Assembly (NCBI RefSeq): GCF_009914755.1
Contig: NC_060925.1
Reading direction: 5' to 3' (one strand)
From: the human T2T-CHM13v2.0 reference genome, Homo sapiens
Length of the DNA stretch: 64,000 bases
Part shown: positions 39,074 to 56,003 of the stretch, piece after piece
How the letters are laid out: the number at the start of each line of letters is the position of its first letter
Numbering within the stretch: position 1 is the stretch's first letter
The notes under the pieces: generated by a model
The model's database searches: none
Told to the model about the DNA's origin: nothing
Seen by the model: the letters and a program-made list of their open reading frames with translations, nothing else
Position numbers and translations under genes: made by a program

Positions 39074-42000
39074 AAGTCGGCAGGTGCTATTCAGCTTCAG
39101 GTGATTATTTTATCAGTATTTTGATACTTTTTCTTCCTCTTCTTTTTCTTTTTCTTTTTTTTACTTTTTAATATTTTTTCCTTGCAAGCAGGAAGTTATG
39201 ATACATTTTCAATGCGAATATGTTGTCAATTGAGCTGATATTTTTCCCCAAGAAAAGTCGGACATTGGATTTGAATGTTACATCCCCATATTTTGAAATG
39301 TTGGCAGCTAATTCAAACAGACACTGAGGGGGCAAATGAAATATACCTGTGAGCTGAATTCATCCTGTGGTCTGCCCATTTGTGCCCCTTTTCTTAAAAA
39401 ATAAGATTGTTGGAGTAATCCAAGCAAGAAAGAATGAGAGACTAGAAAAAATATTGAATGAGAGTAGATAAAAGGAATGAATTGATGAAATTTCCGAAGT
39501 CATATTCACAGTAGAAGTGAGGCAATTTGGCAGATCGCTGATGAGGGAAAGGGTGATTTATATAGTTTGTTCGTGGTAAGGGACAGAAGCTGATGTTTGG
39601 GAATAAAGTAAACTGGACTTTCTTGCAGGCATCCAGGGGAGGTCATATTGCCCAGCTGGTCCTTGTGGAGTTTGGAAGGTGGTGTGGAAACTGGTCATAT
39701 GTAGCACAGATGCATAATCTGAAGCAGCAGGTGCTTCTGGGACTCTGGTTACTTGCTTAGTTGTTTGGCTCATGGATTCCCTTTGTATCTACCTGCTTCT
39801 GCCTAATAGCAACTAGCTGTTCTTTCCCTCAACTCTTTTTATTTTTTCCCCCTTGCAGTTTTGTTTTAGGATATCTGGGGTACTTCACCCAGTCTTGTGC
39901 CACCCTGTCAGCTGCAGCTCTTTCTCTAGCTCTGGAATTGCTTCATGTTTCCCAGTTCAAATTCTTGAGAACAAGAGAAACGTATGGGCTTCTTCTTTTT
40001 GTATGAAGCCACAGCCTACATTGGTCTGAGGATCATGGACTGATTGCCCTTGAGTCAAAGAACCATGTCTTTTTCGATCAGCTGTTTTTGATTGCTGGTA
40101 GGGTCTCAACTGTCAGGCTGGCTTTGCCCCTTTAGCAGTGCCTATCAGCAGATCATTTGAGTTAGAATAAACTGAGCACCAGCAGAAATGGTGATTTATT
40201 AAATATATCTAGGCCTGGTGAGTGATGAATGTCAGGAGTCAAGGTGGATCAAGAATTCACCAAGATAAGAAATACAAGATAAATGGATTTGATGGCTAAT
40301 TTGTGAGCTTAGTTTAATGAAGTTACTGCCATTAACAATATAATTAATACTAGTAATATGCCAAAACTTAGCCATGCTTATTTGTAGGGCATACTTAATT
40401 ACAGAATTAAAAAAAAAATTAGGGCCTTAATATTCCATGATTTATAACAAGCATTTAATGTGAGGCTTGCTTTGATCATTAAATAATAAACATGTTTAAT
40501 CATTAAATAATAAACATGAGTAAAGTTTGGGAAACTTTTGTTATAGATACATAGAAATAACTAGATTTTAATGTCTCTCTCATTTTGTACTTTTAATTTA
40601 AATCTAAAAACAATGACTGCACTTGTCAGTCCTTTACTGGATATTAATCACTGTAGTAGGTGCTTTTTATTCATTGTCCTGGATAATGTTTCCAACAGCT
40701 CTGTGAGGTTTATGTTGTTTTGTTACATTTTAGCCAAGGAAACTTATGCACAGTTAGGTGACTTAGGCAGGGTTAAATGAATAATGAAGTGATGAGATTG
40801 ATTCATTCCCAGGTATGCCTGACACAGAATTCATGATGCTTTCAATTTGCATAATAATGGAAATCCATTTTTATTTTTAGATTTGGGATATTTCTAGATG
40901 TATATACTGTGGTATTTGTGGTTTAATCATGCATAATTTTAGCAACGCATATATATGTAAAAAGGAAATGACTTTAAAGGTTTATAAATGTATAAGCACT
41001 GTTCACACTTGAGCTAGGTCTACTGCAGACAGCCAATTGAGAAAGTGGAAGATGTTCCATTCAACATATGCTTTTGTCTTTGATGCCGGACATCTTACTT
41101 AACTCTCTATTATAATTGCGTTGACTAGATATTTTGGCATTGCGTAGTCACCTCAGTAGAAAAGCCTTTATCAGCCCACAGACGGTTCTTTTTGGTGGCA
41201 ACTTTCACATATCAGCTTCTTCTCTCAAATCAGCATCCATTGACAGCTTCTGAATAGAAAGGATTTTGTTCTTGATCTATAGAGATGCAATTGAAAGATT
41301 ATATTGTGATTTGAATATAACACTTCTTATTTTAAATTTCTCGGTTCTTGATACAAGACAATATTAAATAAATTATTGGATACATGAAGACATTTTTAAA
41401 AATCCATTTTTTGGCATTTTTGGAGAGAATATCATTGCCTTAATGATATTATTAATATAATCATCTTGGAATTTTTATCTTATTTATACAGCAATTAATC
41501 TTCTTTATCCTTACTACTATCAACCAAATCTTTCCTTTTTGTTAAATTGATATTTTTAGAATGGCCCTTGAAAATGTATGGGAATGTATTTTATCTCAAA
41601 CGTGAAATTAAGATTTATGGTTAGTTGCGATTAGGGAAATAGGAAAAGTTAAAAATGACTACATTTGGACCAGTGGAGATAAGACTAGGAATCATAGAGG
41701 ATAAGAGTTAAATATTATATAATCTCTAACACTCTGAGGTATAAGCAGTTAGTTCTGGCCACTAAAACTCAGTATTATTCTTTTGGGGATAATAGCAGTG
41801 TTGGTTTAGATTAAGGCTTCATACATAAAATTTGAAATTCTGTAAAAGGTACATCAAAATAAGGAAAGCCAGATCCAATAACACATAGGACACAGAATTA
41901 ATAACTGAGCCTATAGTACTACTATTCCTTGATTTGATTTATTCATGAAGTCATTTGTTATTTCATTCAGCAAATGCTATGTTTTTGCAGTTTTTACTAA

Positions 42001-43001
42001 ATGCAACTTTTTTGGTAGTTGGTGGTGCAAAGAACTGAAACTAAGGACAATGAATATCATTTTACCGTTCCTGTAAAATTCCTCTTAGGGCAAGAACAAA
42101 GGTGGTATAAAAATGTTTAGAACCAAGACTTAAGAGAATGTATTTCTTTCCTATTTTTGCTGTCTTCCTAAACATGACACATCCTTACCTCTTTAGATGT
42201 TCAGCTTCCACCGACTGCACAGGGTCAGTATTTGACTTGGTGTTATTTCTTAAAGTATCAGAATTGGGGTTGAGTACTTCCGTCAGGGACTGTGAAAATT
42301 TAGCACACTCTAAAAAATGATAGCAAGTATAAAGGTCCTGAAAAAAAATCATTTGCAAAATGTAAACATAAAAGACACCAAAATGTAGACATATTTACCA
42401 TTTTTTCCCGGATGTAATATAAAGTGCGCCATTTGTAACTTAGAGTGCTTATTTCCTATTGGCTGTGGTTTATTTTCAGTCTACTATGGAGTTTTTATGT
42501 TATGGCATGTTAACATGCCATTTTATAGTCGTATGGCAGCTATTATTATTTATTTTTACTACATATTGGACAGTGTTGACTGAGTAAATGTAATTTTGAT
42601 ATATACCTCTATGAAATTAATTGTTTAGAATTTATTTAAGTAATTATGTTTGAACATTCAAATTATTTGATAACTAGAGAGATTAAGAAGATGCTACTAT
42701 TAAAGATTGAAAATAATGGACAGTTTAAGATGGTAAAGGAAAATTTTGTCACTGAGTTTTACCTTTTAATAATTTGAGCATCAGATTATTTTAAAACATT
42801 TGCCAATTCAGTTCTAACATGATTTTGTATACATGTATTTATTTGTATGAAAAGAAATAGTGTTGTTTAAATCGTGTCAATTCAGTGCTATTTTCTCTCT
42901 TATTGTGTAGTATTCTTTGAGTGTTGAATATTTGAATATTGTAGTTTGTTTTGTTCTTCTATATTAGAAATTCTCATGTAAGTAAAATGACCATAGAATA
43001 A

Positions 43002-43305
<304 letters not shown>

Positions 43306-43541
43306 CTGAAATAAAATTTTTAATGTTATTTAATTAATAATCATTTCATGTCATTTAGACTTTAATTTTTTGTGAGGCTTTTTAAAATAAAAGTATTTTT
43401 AAGGACTTTATTAAATCCTAAGCAAATTCAGACATCATAGAAAATTGGAAAGAACATTAAAAATTATTAGAAATCCTTACTTCCAGAAACTAACATTTTC
43501 TTGGAATGTTTCACTGTTTTTTTTTTCCCCCATAAAAAACG

Positions 43542-43862
<321 letters not shown>

Positions 43863-43919
43863 CTATATTTTAAAGACTAAATAACAGGTAATTCCTTTGA
43901 ATTATTTTTTAAAAAGACC

Positions 43920-44074
43920 TTTTATTTTTATTTTATTTATTAACTTCCTATTTTTGTAGAGACAGGGTTTCTCTATGTTGCCCAAGCTTGTTTTGAATTC
44001 CTGGCCTCTGGTGATCCTCCTGCCTTGACCTCCCAAAGTGCTGGGATTCTAAGTGTGAGCCACTGCACCTGGCC
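43920..44074 (-). mobile_element. Alu left-arm monomer (FLAM-like)
   Basis: T-rich tail, 'tttttgtagagacagggtttctctatgttgccc...gagccactgcacctggcc'; single arm only. Confidence 0.88.
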
Positions 44075-44612
44075 TCAGGTCTTTTTAAGTGTACATTAAA
44101 GTTTTAAATATGCACTATCACTAGCAAATTTTATAATCATATAATGTATGAGTTCAGTCACTTAGATCTCTGTTCATTGGAAAAATACCCCATGGTAACA
44201 TGACACAAAAGGTACTTTGGGGAAGCGTAATTTCTAGGAATTCAAGATTTGGGATTTTGGATTCTCTGAGTCTACCTTTGGGTCTAATTAGTTACTTTCT
44301 CTGGTTCAAGCTCCCTTATCTTAAAAATTAAGAAATTATTTTAGAAGGGGGCCAATATTTATGCTGACTTTCAGCCGTGAAATAAAGTTAGTCTACTATA
44401 GGAGAATATTTGCTTCTAACTTCAAAATTTTCCTTGCCTTTAGTTTTCTTTTTATTCTTTATTGTTTTCATTTTATCTTATGAAACTACTTTCAGCATGT
44501 GATAGGTGATTGTTCTTAAGTATGCAGTTGTCCAATTGCATAACTTTGGCCTATTTTGATAATTTTTGTTACATGTCCTTATTAATTTAGGATATGTACA
44601 TATTTCACTGAC

Positions 44613-44918
44613 TTTTTTTTTTTTTTTTTTTGAGGTGGAGTTTTGCTCTTGTCGCCCAGGCTGGAGTGCAATGGCACAATCTCGGCTCACTGCAACCTCC
44701 ACCTACCGGGTGGGTTCAAGCGATTCTCCTGCCTCAGCCTCCCAAGTAGCTGGGAATACAGGTGCCAGCCACCACGCTTGGCTAATTTCTGTATTTTTAG
44801 TAAAGACGGGGTTTCACCACATTGGCCAGGCTGGTTTCGAACTCCTGACCCCAGATGATCCACCCACCTTGGCTTCCCAAAGTGCTGGGATTACAGGCAT
44901 GAGCCACTGCACCCAGCC
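44613..44918 (-). mobile_element. Alu SINE (AluSq/Sp-like)
   Basis: GGAGTTTTGCTCTTGTCGCCCAGGCTGGAGTGCAATGG...; TSD core TCACTGA. Confidence 0.95.
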
Positions 44919-45204
44919 TCACTGATATTTTAATTGGATGATAAAGTAGCAAAGTATTTTTATCATAGCTAGTTTTGCAAAGGTTTTAATGATTTCATAA
45001 TATTAAGTTAATTTAAGAAATTCATCTAGCACTTTATAAGAGATGTCAGAATATCATGGCAGGTTCCATATGTTCCATATGTTTGACTAAAGGTGTTACC
45101 GTGCAGTGTTATACTAAGAGAAATTTATATTTTATTGATTATGTCGGTATCAATTCTAAACTATCTTTTAACATTTAATGCTGTTCTTTATCAATAAACA
45201 CATG

Positions 45205-45500
45205 GGCCATGCACAGTGGCTCATGCCTGTTTTCCCAGCCCTTCAGGAGGCTGAGGCAGGTGGATCACTTGAGGTCAAGAGTTTGAGACCAGCCTGGCCA
45301 ACATGGTGAAACCCTGTTTTTACTAAAAATACAAAAACTAGCCAGTTGTGGTGGCGCTTGCCTGTTATCCCAGACTCGGGAGGCTGAGGCAGGAGAATTG
45401 AACCTGGGAGGTGGTGGCTGCAGTGAACTGAGATTGCACCACCACACTCCAGCCAGGGCAACAGAGCAAGACTCCATCTCAAAAGAAGAAAAAAAAAAAG
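45205..45500 (+). mobile_element. Alu SINE (AluS) with 9-bp TSD
   Basis: Sense dimer; AAACACATG at 45196-45204 and 45501-45509. Confidence 0.95.
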
Positions 45501-48263
45501 AAACACATGAATTTGCTTGGTTTAGTCCTTAAACATTTTTCATTATGTGTTATTTTGTTGTAGAAAAATTTATAATTGTTTTTTGTTAATTACATCCGTC
45601 TTTTTTGTCATCGTAGAATGCGGCCGAAGATACTTTATAATAAAAGAAATATTACGTTTACGCTGGAATTTTGTTTTGCTTGCTGAAGTTAAAACAAGCA
45701 AAATTTGTAACTTAAGGTAATAGAAAATTAATATGGTAAAATGTCAGATTATAATGTGGACACTTAATATGTTAGTTATTAAGGAATTTAAAAAAGAGAC
45801 TAAGATGGATGAGACAGAAAAAACTTCCTAAATTTCAAAAATAGATAATTTTAAAGAATAGATTAGACATATTGTTTTTACGTTATGGGTAAATTTCCCA
45901 GAAAAAGAAATTAAAAAAAGCACAACTGATTCATAATGAGCCAACCCCTTTTAGGGCATAGCTCTTGCTACCCTTTTAATTTGTGGCCTATAAATTTTAG
46001 CCCCTATCAACTCTGACAGTTACTAGGTAAGTACTCTTTTCATTTAGCCAATAGCTCTGTATTGATATCTAATATTAAGATAACAAATAGATCTTGATTC
46101 AAAGCTAGTCTTACATAGCCTTGTTATATCTTAATAAGAGCAGGTACCATGACTTTGTCACTATATATGAATGAATGAATGAATGACAGAAAAAATGAAT
46201 TTCCCAGCAGATGACTATGTTAATAGAACATGAGTAAGCCATTTTTTTGTTGCTGGATTTGTATTTTATAAACTTTAGGGAAAGAAGAATAATATTTAGT
46301 TTTTTTGTAGTACTTTTACTCTTTTACTAAGCAAGTTTACTTACCACTTTCGCCTCTACCAGTGTCTCCCATGCACTGAAACACATCTGATACAGAGGAG
46401 ATAATAACTGTTGGAGGAGTGAATAAGTGAATGATTCCTACCCCATTCACACTATTGTAAACAAGAAAAGCTTTTTCAAAACCAAAATGTGTTTTGAAAA
46501 AACAAATTCCCCATAAAACCAAATACATAAGCATAATACTGGTTTCTAAGTACTAAGTCAAGAAAAACGAACAAACACTGAAGGCTGAGAATCTGATTTT
46601 TGGCATCATGTTTATACTTTTTCAAGGGAATATTCTGTATAGACTTTTTAAAGACAAGGGTTTTTAAAAATTTTATGGGGGAGTCTAACAGTACAGTGAA
46701 GTTAGATGATTTGTTTGTGATTAATAGCCGGTGCTAGCTGGTGTCAGACATGAATTAGAAACCTGGTTGTTTGGTTCCCATGCTGCTGATCTTTGCAGGA
46801 TTGGTTGCCTTCTCACTTTGGGCCCTGTCATATATGAATTGAGGGTGGGCAACAGACAGCTCAGGTTCTTCTTCATTACTGTCTTGCAAGCTTTTGAGGC
46901 ACCCAAACCACAGCCATTGTTGGAACTTGGTTGCTTGGTTGTGGCATTTCTCTGTTGCCTCCTAAATACTGCATAATATTGCCCAAGGAATGTCAGGCTT
47001 TATGATGGTCCCAGAAAGGATCCTTTTTCAGAAACAGAAAAAAACTCTCTAAAATTATAGTTGGCAATCTCTTTGCTCCATTATCCTACACCCCTAACTT
47101 GAGGACTCTTTGCCCTAAATAGCAGTGGCTCCCTCCTGTGATTATTCTTAAGTTGCTGAGAGTGGGTTGTAGTGAGCTGATGAAAAGATGGCAGATGATG
47201 GGAAACCTTAGGATCTTGCTGCTATTTAAATTTGATTTAGTATAAAGTGAGATTTAAGTGTTTTATGGCTAATTAAGGGGTGAACTCAAGAAACCAGGTA
47301 TCATATATTGAGTGCAAGCTACAGAATAAAAGAGCATGTTTTCTCACAAAGATACGTAGTTGATTTGTACATATTTAGCTGCAGAAAGAGATTAAAGTCA
47401 ATACATCTGACCCAAACTTACTGAATTATGTGTCACCAGTTTTACAACACCCTAGATAGACTCTTGTAATTCCTTAGTACCAAGAGTTGAATTAATCTGA
47501 AGAGCAGTAGATACTTTCTTTTTCAGCAATTTTAAGTGTTTATTGGAACAACATTAAAAATAATTACAATTTTCTGATATTAAGTGGTAATCTATTGTGG
47601 AGGAAGAGCTAAAAATCCTAGAATTTAATTTTTCTTCACGGACACTAAAATTATGAAAACCACGTTAAAATTTTAGCATTTCAGGTATTTTAATTTTATA
47701 CTTTATTATGGATATATTTAGCATAGATATGGGCCAACAATCTTATGGCAACAGTCATAACTGTTCTAGTAAGTTTCAATATATTTCATGGCTTAATTCT
47801 GTATATCCATCTATTATAAGAGACTCAGTGTGAGCCTCAGAATTGTCAAGCAAGAAGTTTTTTTTAAATGGGGAATTAAGTGCCAAGTCATGTGTCTGAA
47901 GTCAGCATATCAGTTGGCAAATACGTATATATTTAGTGAGGACCTATTTCTGATTTAGAAAAAAATTGATTGTAATTTCTACAACATTGAAACAGTGTCT
48001 AGAAGAATCCTTTCCCCACCCCCAAATAGCTGTTACTGACATGTCCAGAATATTGCACCTAAGAATGAATTGACCTATGACATATTAAGGATAAATTTTT
48101 TAAAAAATTAAGTGAATATTGCATTGTTTCTATTTAATTTGATAGCCTCATTTGTATCTGTTATATGAAAGTTTTAATCACCATAAATATATTTACAATG
48201 AAGTTGGAAAATGGAATTTCCCCACCTCCTTGGATTTGATTTTTCTGTTTTACTTTATTTCTA

Positions 48264-48612
<349 letters not shown>

Positions 48613-49739
48613 CCTTACGGCTTCCAGTATACCACTTTGTAGGTAGCAGATTGTCTGTATATTTTGATGTCTCTGCCCTTTTTCTCTATTTACTATTTAA
48701 ACAAACAGGCTTTACTCTTACAGAGACAAAGTTAGCAAAAGTACCCCATTGTTTTTCAGGTTTCTTCTACATTCCCAAAGCTGTAACCTTATTTTGTTTT
48801 TCTAAAATTTAATGTAGTTCTAACTGTTGACAAAGCTAGTTGTGACACTGGCCAACATTTTCTTTATTGAGAGTTGATGAATGACAGCCATGTCTGAAAT
48901 CTCCAGTCAGACTCCTCCTGATATAAAGATAAATGTGAAATATTAGAACTGGAAGTATTTTAGCAGCTTTCACTACATCGAAGCTATTTTTTGTCACTTT
49001 TATTTGGGGATATGGAATGTTCACATAAATTCTATTTTAAAGATGTTTAAGTTTTTTAAAAATATCCTCTTCACTTACCACCATAGATGAGGAGCCTACC
49101 TATTCTAGAAAGAAAAATTGTCTCTAATTCTTAATTTATTATGTTTTCTCATGTGAGATTAGTAGTTTCATTACTAGTTTTGAGCCGATGGTACATTTCT
49201 CCTGAGAGATACCCAGGGAGTGAAGTGGACTTTGTTAGTAACCTTTGCTACTTGCCCTGCAGACAAGGAGAACTTAGGGAGACAATTCATCACCCTAAAG
49301 GGAAGCAGAGGAGAGGGCTGACATCACAATTGTCTATGAAATCTTGATCATTTTAAGCAGCATTGAAAATTTTGTTGGAAATGGTTTTATTAAAAATGTT
49401 CTGCATAATTGTGACATTTAAAGAGAAAACAGTTTGTATCTTCTAAGTTAAGAAAGGTAAAAGTGACAGCAGTTTTGAAGAAGAAGGAATTGAGCATTTT
49501 CTGTGTGATGAAAACTTTTTGTGCCAACAGTCATAAAATAGGGATCTTATTTTCTCCATTAAATAGATTAGAAAAAGGGAGCTAAAAATGTTTTGGTAAC
49601 TTACTGCCAAGATCACATAACTGTTAAGTTAGAGCTGAGATTAAAATCCAACCTTCCTTTCTCAAGTCCATGGTTTACACTGTTAAGCCTTGATGCTCGT
49701 AGCAGAATAGGAAAGAAATAACATTTCATGCTCTTTTCT

Positions 49740-50090
49740 TCTTTCTAAAACATGTTACATTTTTTCTTGCCTCTGGCACTCATTCCTAGGCTTGTCATAT
49801 CACTGACTTTTTCGCATCCTTTAGGCCTTGGTTCTAATTAATGTCAACCCCAGAGAGGCTTTTCATAGCCATTATATGGAAAGCACCTCCCAATTACATC
49901 ATCCTATTTATTTTCTCCTTAACAGTCTTAGTACCTGTAAATACTTTATTTTTATGTCTCTCCCACTATAAACTCTATGTATAAAGGACAGGGACCTGTC
50001 ATTTTCCTTTTTGTTCAAAGTTTTGTTTCATAGAATAGTACTTGGCATATATTAGTATAGTAGGCAGCTATTGGTTCAATGGATGAATAC
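49740..50090 (+). mobile_element. L2 LINE 3' portion
   Basis: 'tgtctctcccactataaactc...ggacagggacctgtc...agaatagtacttggcatata...gtaggcagc...aatggatgaat'. Confidence 0.55.
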
Positions 50091-51642
50091 AACTTTTTAT
50101 ATATTCTGGCATCCTTTTAAGTAATAGAGACAAGTACTATTTCCTCAAAGAATGTTTAAAATAAATAATTAAAAATTTACCTTCAGTTTTAAATTTGAAT
50201 TGTTACTGTGGCAGGCAAAAGTTATTTTAAAGAAATAAGTTATATATAAATTTCTCTGAAAATTATTGAAAATTCTTATTGAAATGGTGTTTTACTGAGA
50301 TGACATTTGTAATTTTGTATCTTGCAAAATGCAAGATAATCTTTCATTATTCATATAGGATTCATTTCTGCAAGCATAGCTTAATGATTCAGTTATTAAC
50401 TTCATTGTATATCTTACCCCAAAGAAACTAATCTCTGATATTTGGGATGTATGGGGTTTTTTTGGGGTGTGTGCATAAAATAGATACTCTCTGGATCTTG
50501 TCCATAACATGCATAGGAATCTTAGGTGACTTTTAACAAACATTAAGCAAGGGTGAGCTCAAAGCACAGAATTTAAAGTGGCAAGTAAGTGCTTCATTAC
50601 TGGAATATAAGTTATCTGTGATTACAAATAAACTGTACAGAGTTATAAAAATTGCATTATGTTTCTAGACACAAGAATTTGAGATCTATGTTATTTAAAA
50701 TAGTGGTTACTTTTAAAACTGGGTAGTATAAAAAATCCTTACTAATGTTCTTAGTCATCTTACTTGCTTTTGGGTAATAAATTACTTTTATGATTAGTGT
50801 TTGATTACTAAAATCTTAATGTTTTGAAATGTCTACTTTCCTAAAACTACAGCCAAAAAAGCCTGTATATAAAGTGCTTTGCTATACTGTTGAACAAGGT
50901 AGCATTGTTATTGAACCCCATGGGAAAAAAGGAGTGCTGTTTTGGGTGTCTATAAAAACGAACCAAACTTCTTCCCTGGAGTATTCTGACTGCTGTTGCT
51001 ATGTGCTCATGGGCCTATGCCATGTGGCTCTTTTCAGATTTGTATCAGCAAGTCAGAAGTTAGGAGGCAGCTCTACTGATCCATGAGAGAAAAAACAATA
51101 TTGAAGCTGATGAATGAGTTTTATATTTCTGTACTTGAAAATATTTAGTTAAATTACTGTGCAAAATAATGTCTGATTATCTGTAGGTTAATTCTTATCT
51201 ACAAACATCAGATTTTTAAAAAGAAGATTGTGAACTACTTTTGTTTACATGGAATTGCTAATACTAATTACCTAAATGAAATAAATTTATAAAGGAAAAC
51301 CAAATACTTCATTGCAAAGTCAAGAATAAGTAATATTCAAAAAAATTTTAATTCATAAGATATTCTGTAGTTGAGTGAATAATCAGGAGTTAACTTATCC
51401 ATTTGTGAAGAACTTAGATTTTATTTCGTTTTCTGTTCTATTTTAGATTATTATCTCTTTATATCGTATGGTAACTCTACCTTACAGTGTTAGTTGTTCT
51501 TAAAAATTTGGAGCTTATAGACTCTTTGGAGAATCTGACAAAAGCTGGGCAACCCTCCCAGATAAATATGTAGGCCAATATGGGCACAAATAATTATGCC
51601 ATTGTAATCCACTTAATAAAAAAGCTCCACTTTGGGCAAGGC

Positions 51643-51653
51643 TGTGTGTGTGT

Positions 51654-51693
<40 letters not shown>
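51643..51693. repeat. (TG)n microsatellite, one interruption
   Basis: About 25 TG units. Confidence 0.95.
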
Positions 51694-51694
<1 letters not shown>

Positions 51695-51959
51695 TAAAAA
51701 TTATTTTCCTTTTACATTGAAGAGGTTTTATTGTTAAAATCCGTGCCACTGCTATGTGCTAGGCATTGCAGTAGGCAGTGCTAATACTGTTGAAACAAAA
51801 CTACTCAAAGTTCTTGCCTCCATGGAACTTACACTTGGTTAAGATGTTGCGGAGACATGCATTGACTAAATTACAAATAGGGTATGTTCTACAAAGGTGG
51901 TTGCTTTGTGTGGTGGCTACTTTCATTTTTGTCCTCCTGTTTTTCCATTTATTCCCCAT

Positions 51960-52500
51960 AGCTTAGCAAAGTGAACTTTGTGAAATATAAATTGGATCAC
52001 TTTTCCTATCAAAAACTCTCAGTGGCCTCAGTAGGCACACAACTCTAAGCAGTTTGGCCCTGGATCCTCTCTCCAGCTTGCCATGGAGCTACCCTTCGGT
52101 AAGCTCTCCTGGGTTCAGCCATACTGATCTTATTTTAGTTCCTTTAAACGTTTCAGTGTCTTTATACATCTATAGTTTCTTTGCCTAGGATCGTTGTCTC
52201 CTCCTCTTCTTATGATAACTTCTTTTTTAGAACGACATGTAATTTTTCCTATCTCAGAGAAGCTACCTGCCCAATTAAAACACCCTTCTCCCCTACAACA
52301 TTCATACCTACAAAACTCTGTTAACTTTGCTTCTTCTTTAGCACTTATTACAAACATGAACCTGTTTATCTATTTTACATCTTTTTTGGGGGGAAAGGTC
52401 CCTGTTATTTGCACTAGAATGTTGGCTCTATCTGGGCAGGAATACTGTTTTTGTTTTACTCAGCCACTCACAGGTAGGATACTGTCCGTATTTAGTAACC
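51960..52500 (+). mobile_element. L2 LINE fragment
   Basis: 'ggatcacttttcct...aaaactctcagtggc...tagcacttattaca...cactagaatg...gggcaggaa'. Confidence 0.45.
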
Positions 52501-54530
52501 AAAGATGCATTGGAATGTGTAATGTGGATATTCATACTGCATATAAAGTATATGCAGGGGATTTGAAAGGATGTTGTGAGAGCAGTAGAATAAATGATCA
52601 ATATGTGGATTATCTTGCTACAGTAGAGATGGTGTAAAGAAAATAGTTTAGAGATGAAACATTGAAATCAGTCAGACTTGGAGATGGGAGAAGTGATGTC
52701 AAGGATTGCTTACTCTTCGGTTTCTGGTTTGTGCAACGTGGATGAATGTTGGTGTTGTTGACTGAGATAGAAGAGGACCAAATTATTGTTAAGATATACT
52801 TATAAATCACTTGGGTCCTTTTCGAGGTCTTTTTTTTCTTTCCTTTTCACCTTCGAAGTTTCTTTTTAGTTATTTTCAAAGACTGTCGAGAATATAAAAA
52901 TTTAGACCTATTACCTGATCAAAGTTCTGATTTTAAAAAACACGCTTAAAAAAAGAGACTGGAAGGCCCTTGCTACGTTACTTTAAACTACAGTATAAAG
53001 ATACACAGATCAGTTTATTTTCTTAATGGAGGCTGTAATCTTGCTGTTCCTTTCTTCAGGAAATCCACTTAATATTGGCCACCTGTTAGTATTAGATCAC
53101 CATGTATAATGACTTCCAGCCATTGTAAACATAACTAAGTAGACACATAAAAACATCATGATAGGAAAGTACTAATATATGTGTATAGTTTGAATACTTT
53201 AGTCTCTTCACAGTTTATAAATAATTACAGTTTCTCACTGTTCTGAAAATGAAAGGTGAATGTCAGTCACATTGATCATCAAAACTGTTGATTAAATGTA
53301 TGTAAAAAAAAAATATAATTTGTGACTCAGAATTGAGTAATATACATTATATGTTCAGATGCATACTTTATTTAGGTAGACGTGTTAAGTTTTTTTTAAT
53401 TAAAATTTTTTAGATTTAAGTTGAGTCTTCAATGCGGCCAAGTGTAATTTTGAATTCCTTTGTATTCACTTAAGTATTCAGATCTCTTTATGAGAATTTG
53501 TTAGCTATTTGATCTACATTGTAAAATATGTTTAATGGCTGTGCATCTTAAACAGTAGTGCTATATATCATGTCAAAATTTAAAAAGTAGGAAATGCACA
53601 TTTTCCTTACAAAACAACAATAACAAAATAACACTTAAAGACTTAGCTTGTTACTGCCAATTATTCGGGTTAAGTTTGTACATATTAGCGTATGTATCTG
53701 CAGATAAAACTTACACATTTTCATGAGAGTTTTTACAAAAGGAGAATAAAGTGTCATTATTTTATTATAATTTTTTGATAATCTAACTTTTGTTGAAATA
53801 GATGATTTGCAAACAAAACAAAACACCTTTTATTTACTCCTAATTACATAAATTGAAATACCTGATTCTCTAAATTTTATTTCCCACATCTACAGTCCCG
53901 ACACCCAGAACGACCAGTGATCCTCCTCCGTTCATACATTTAAATGTTCTAAAATCAAAACTAAATATTCCTGTTTATTCTTTCTTGGAGCATTTTGATA
54001 CATGGGAACAAAATATGAAACTTAATAAGGTCACACTTGAAATTGCAAGGATCAATTTTAAAATAAAACCAAGGTAGATATGGAAACTTTTAGTCAGTTT
54101 CACATTAAAACTTCACATTTTGAGTAATACCCATAGTGATAATCTAATTCTGACATAGTTGAAAATGATGGGCCTAGGAAGTTATTTTCAAAATACAGGA
54201 ATATACACTACATTCTAAGTTGTCAGAGCTTAAAATGAAATTATTTTTTGCAGACAAAAAGTATTATGAAACTACCAAGCTTTTGTTTTTTGTTGGCACT
54301 AATAGTGTTGAAATAAAATGAATTTTACCTGTATTTTATTCATTTATGTGTTAGCATAGTTAAAACAACCAAAAACATATTTATTTTTCATGGTTCTCTA
54401 TTTTTCTGTTCATGAAAATTTTAGTGTTTATAGTGGTTGGTATTATTTGTATAAAACTACTTTTTGAAAACTTTGTACTCTTTACCTAAAGCATTTGTAG
54501 ATGTTAATCTTTCCTTTTTTTTTTTGAAGA

Positions 54531-56003
<1,473 letters not shown>

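Noticed and set aside
45669-45705. Short inverted repeat TTTTGCTTG...CAAGCAAAA (and a similar 8-bp stem near 56159-56179)
   Set aside because: Stems of 8-9 bp in low-complexity AT-rich DNA are expected by chance in 64 kb.
52194-52637. 147-aa ORF, the longest non-L1 ORF in the track
   Set aside because: Non-ATG start, overlaps degenerate L2 sequence, no recognisable domain or splice context.
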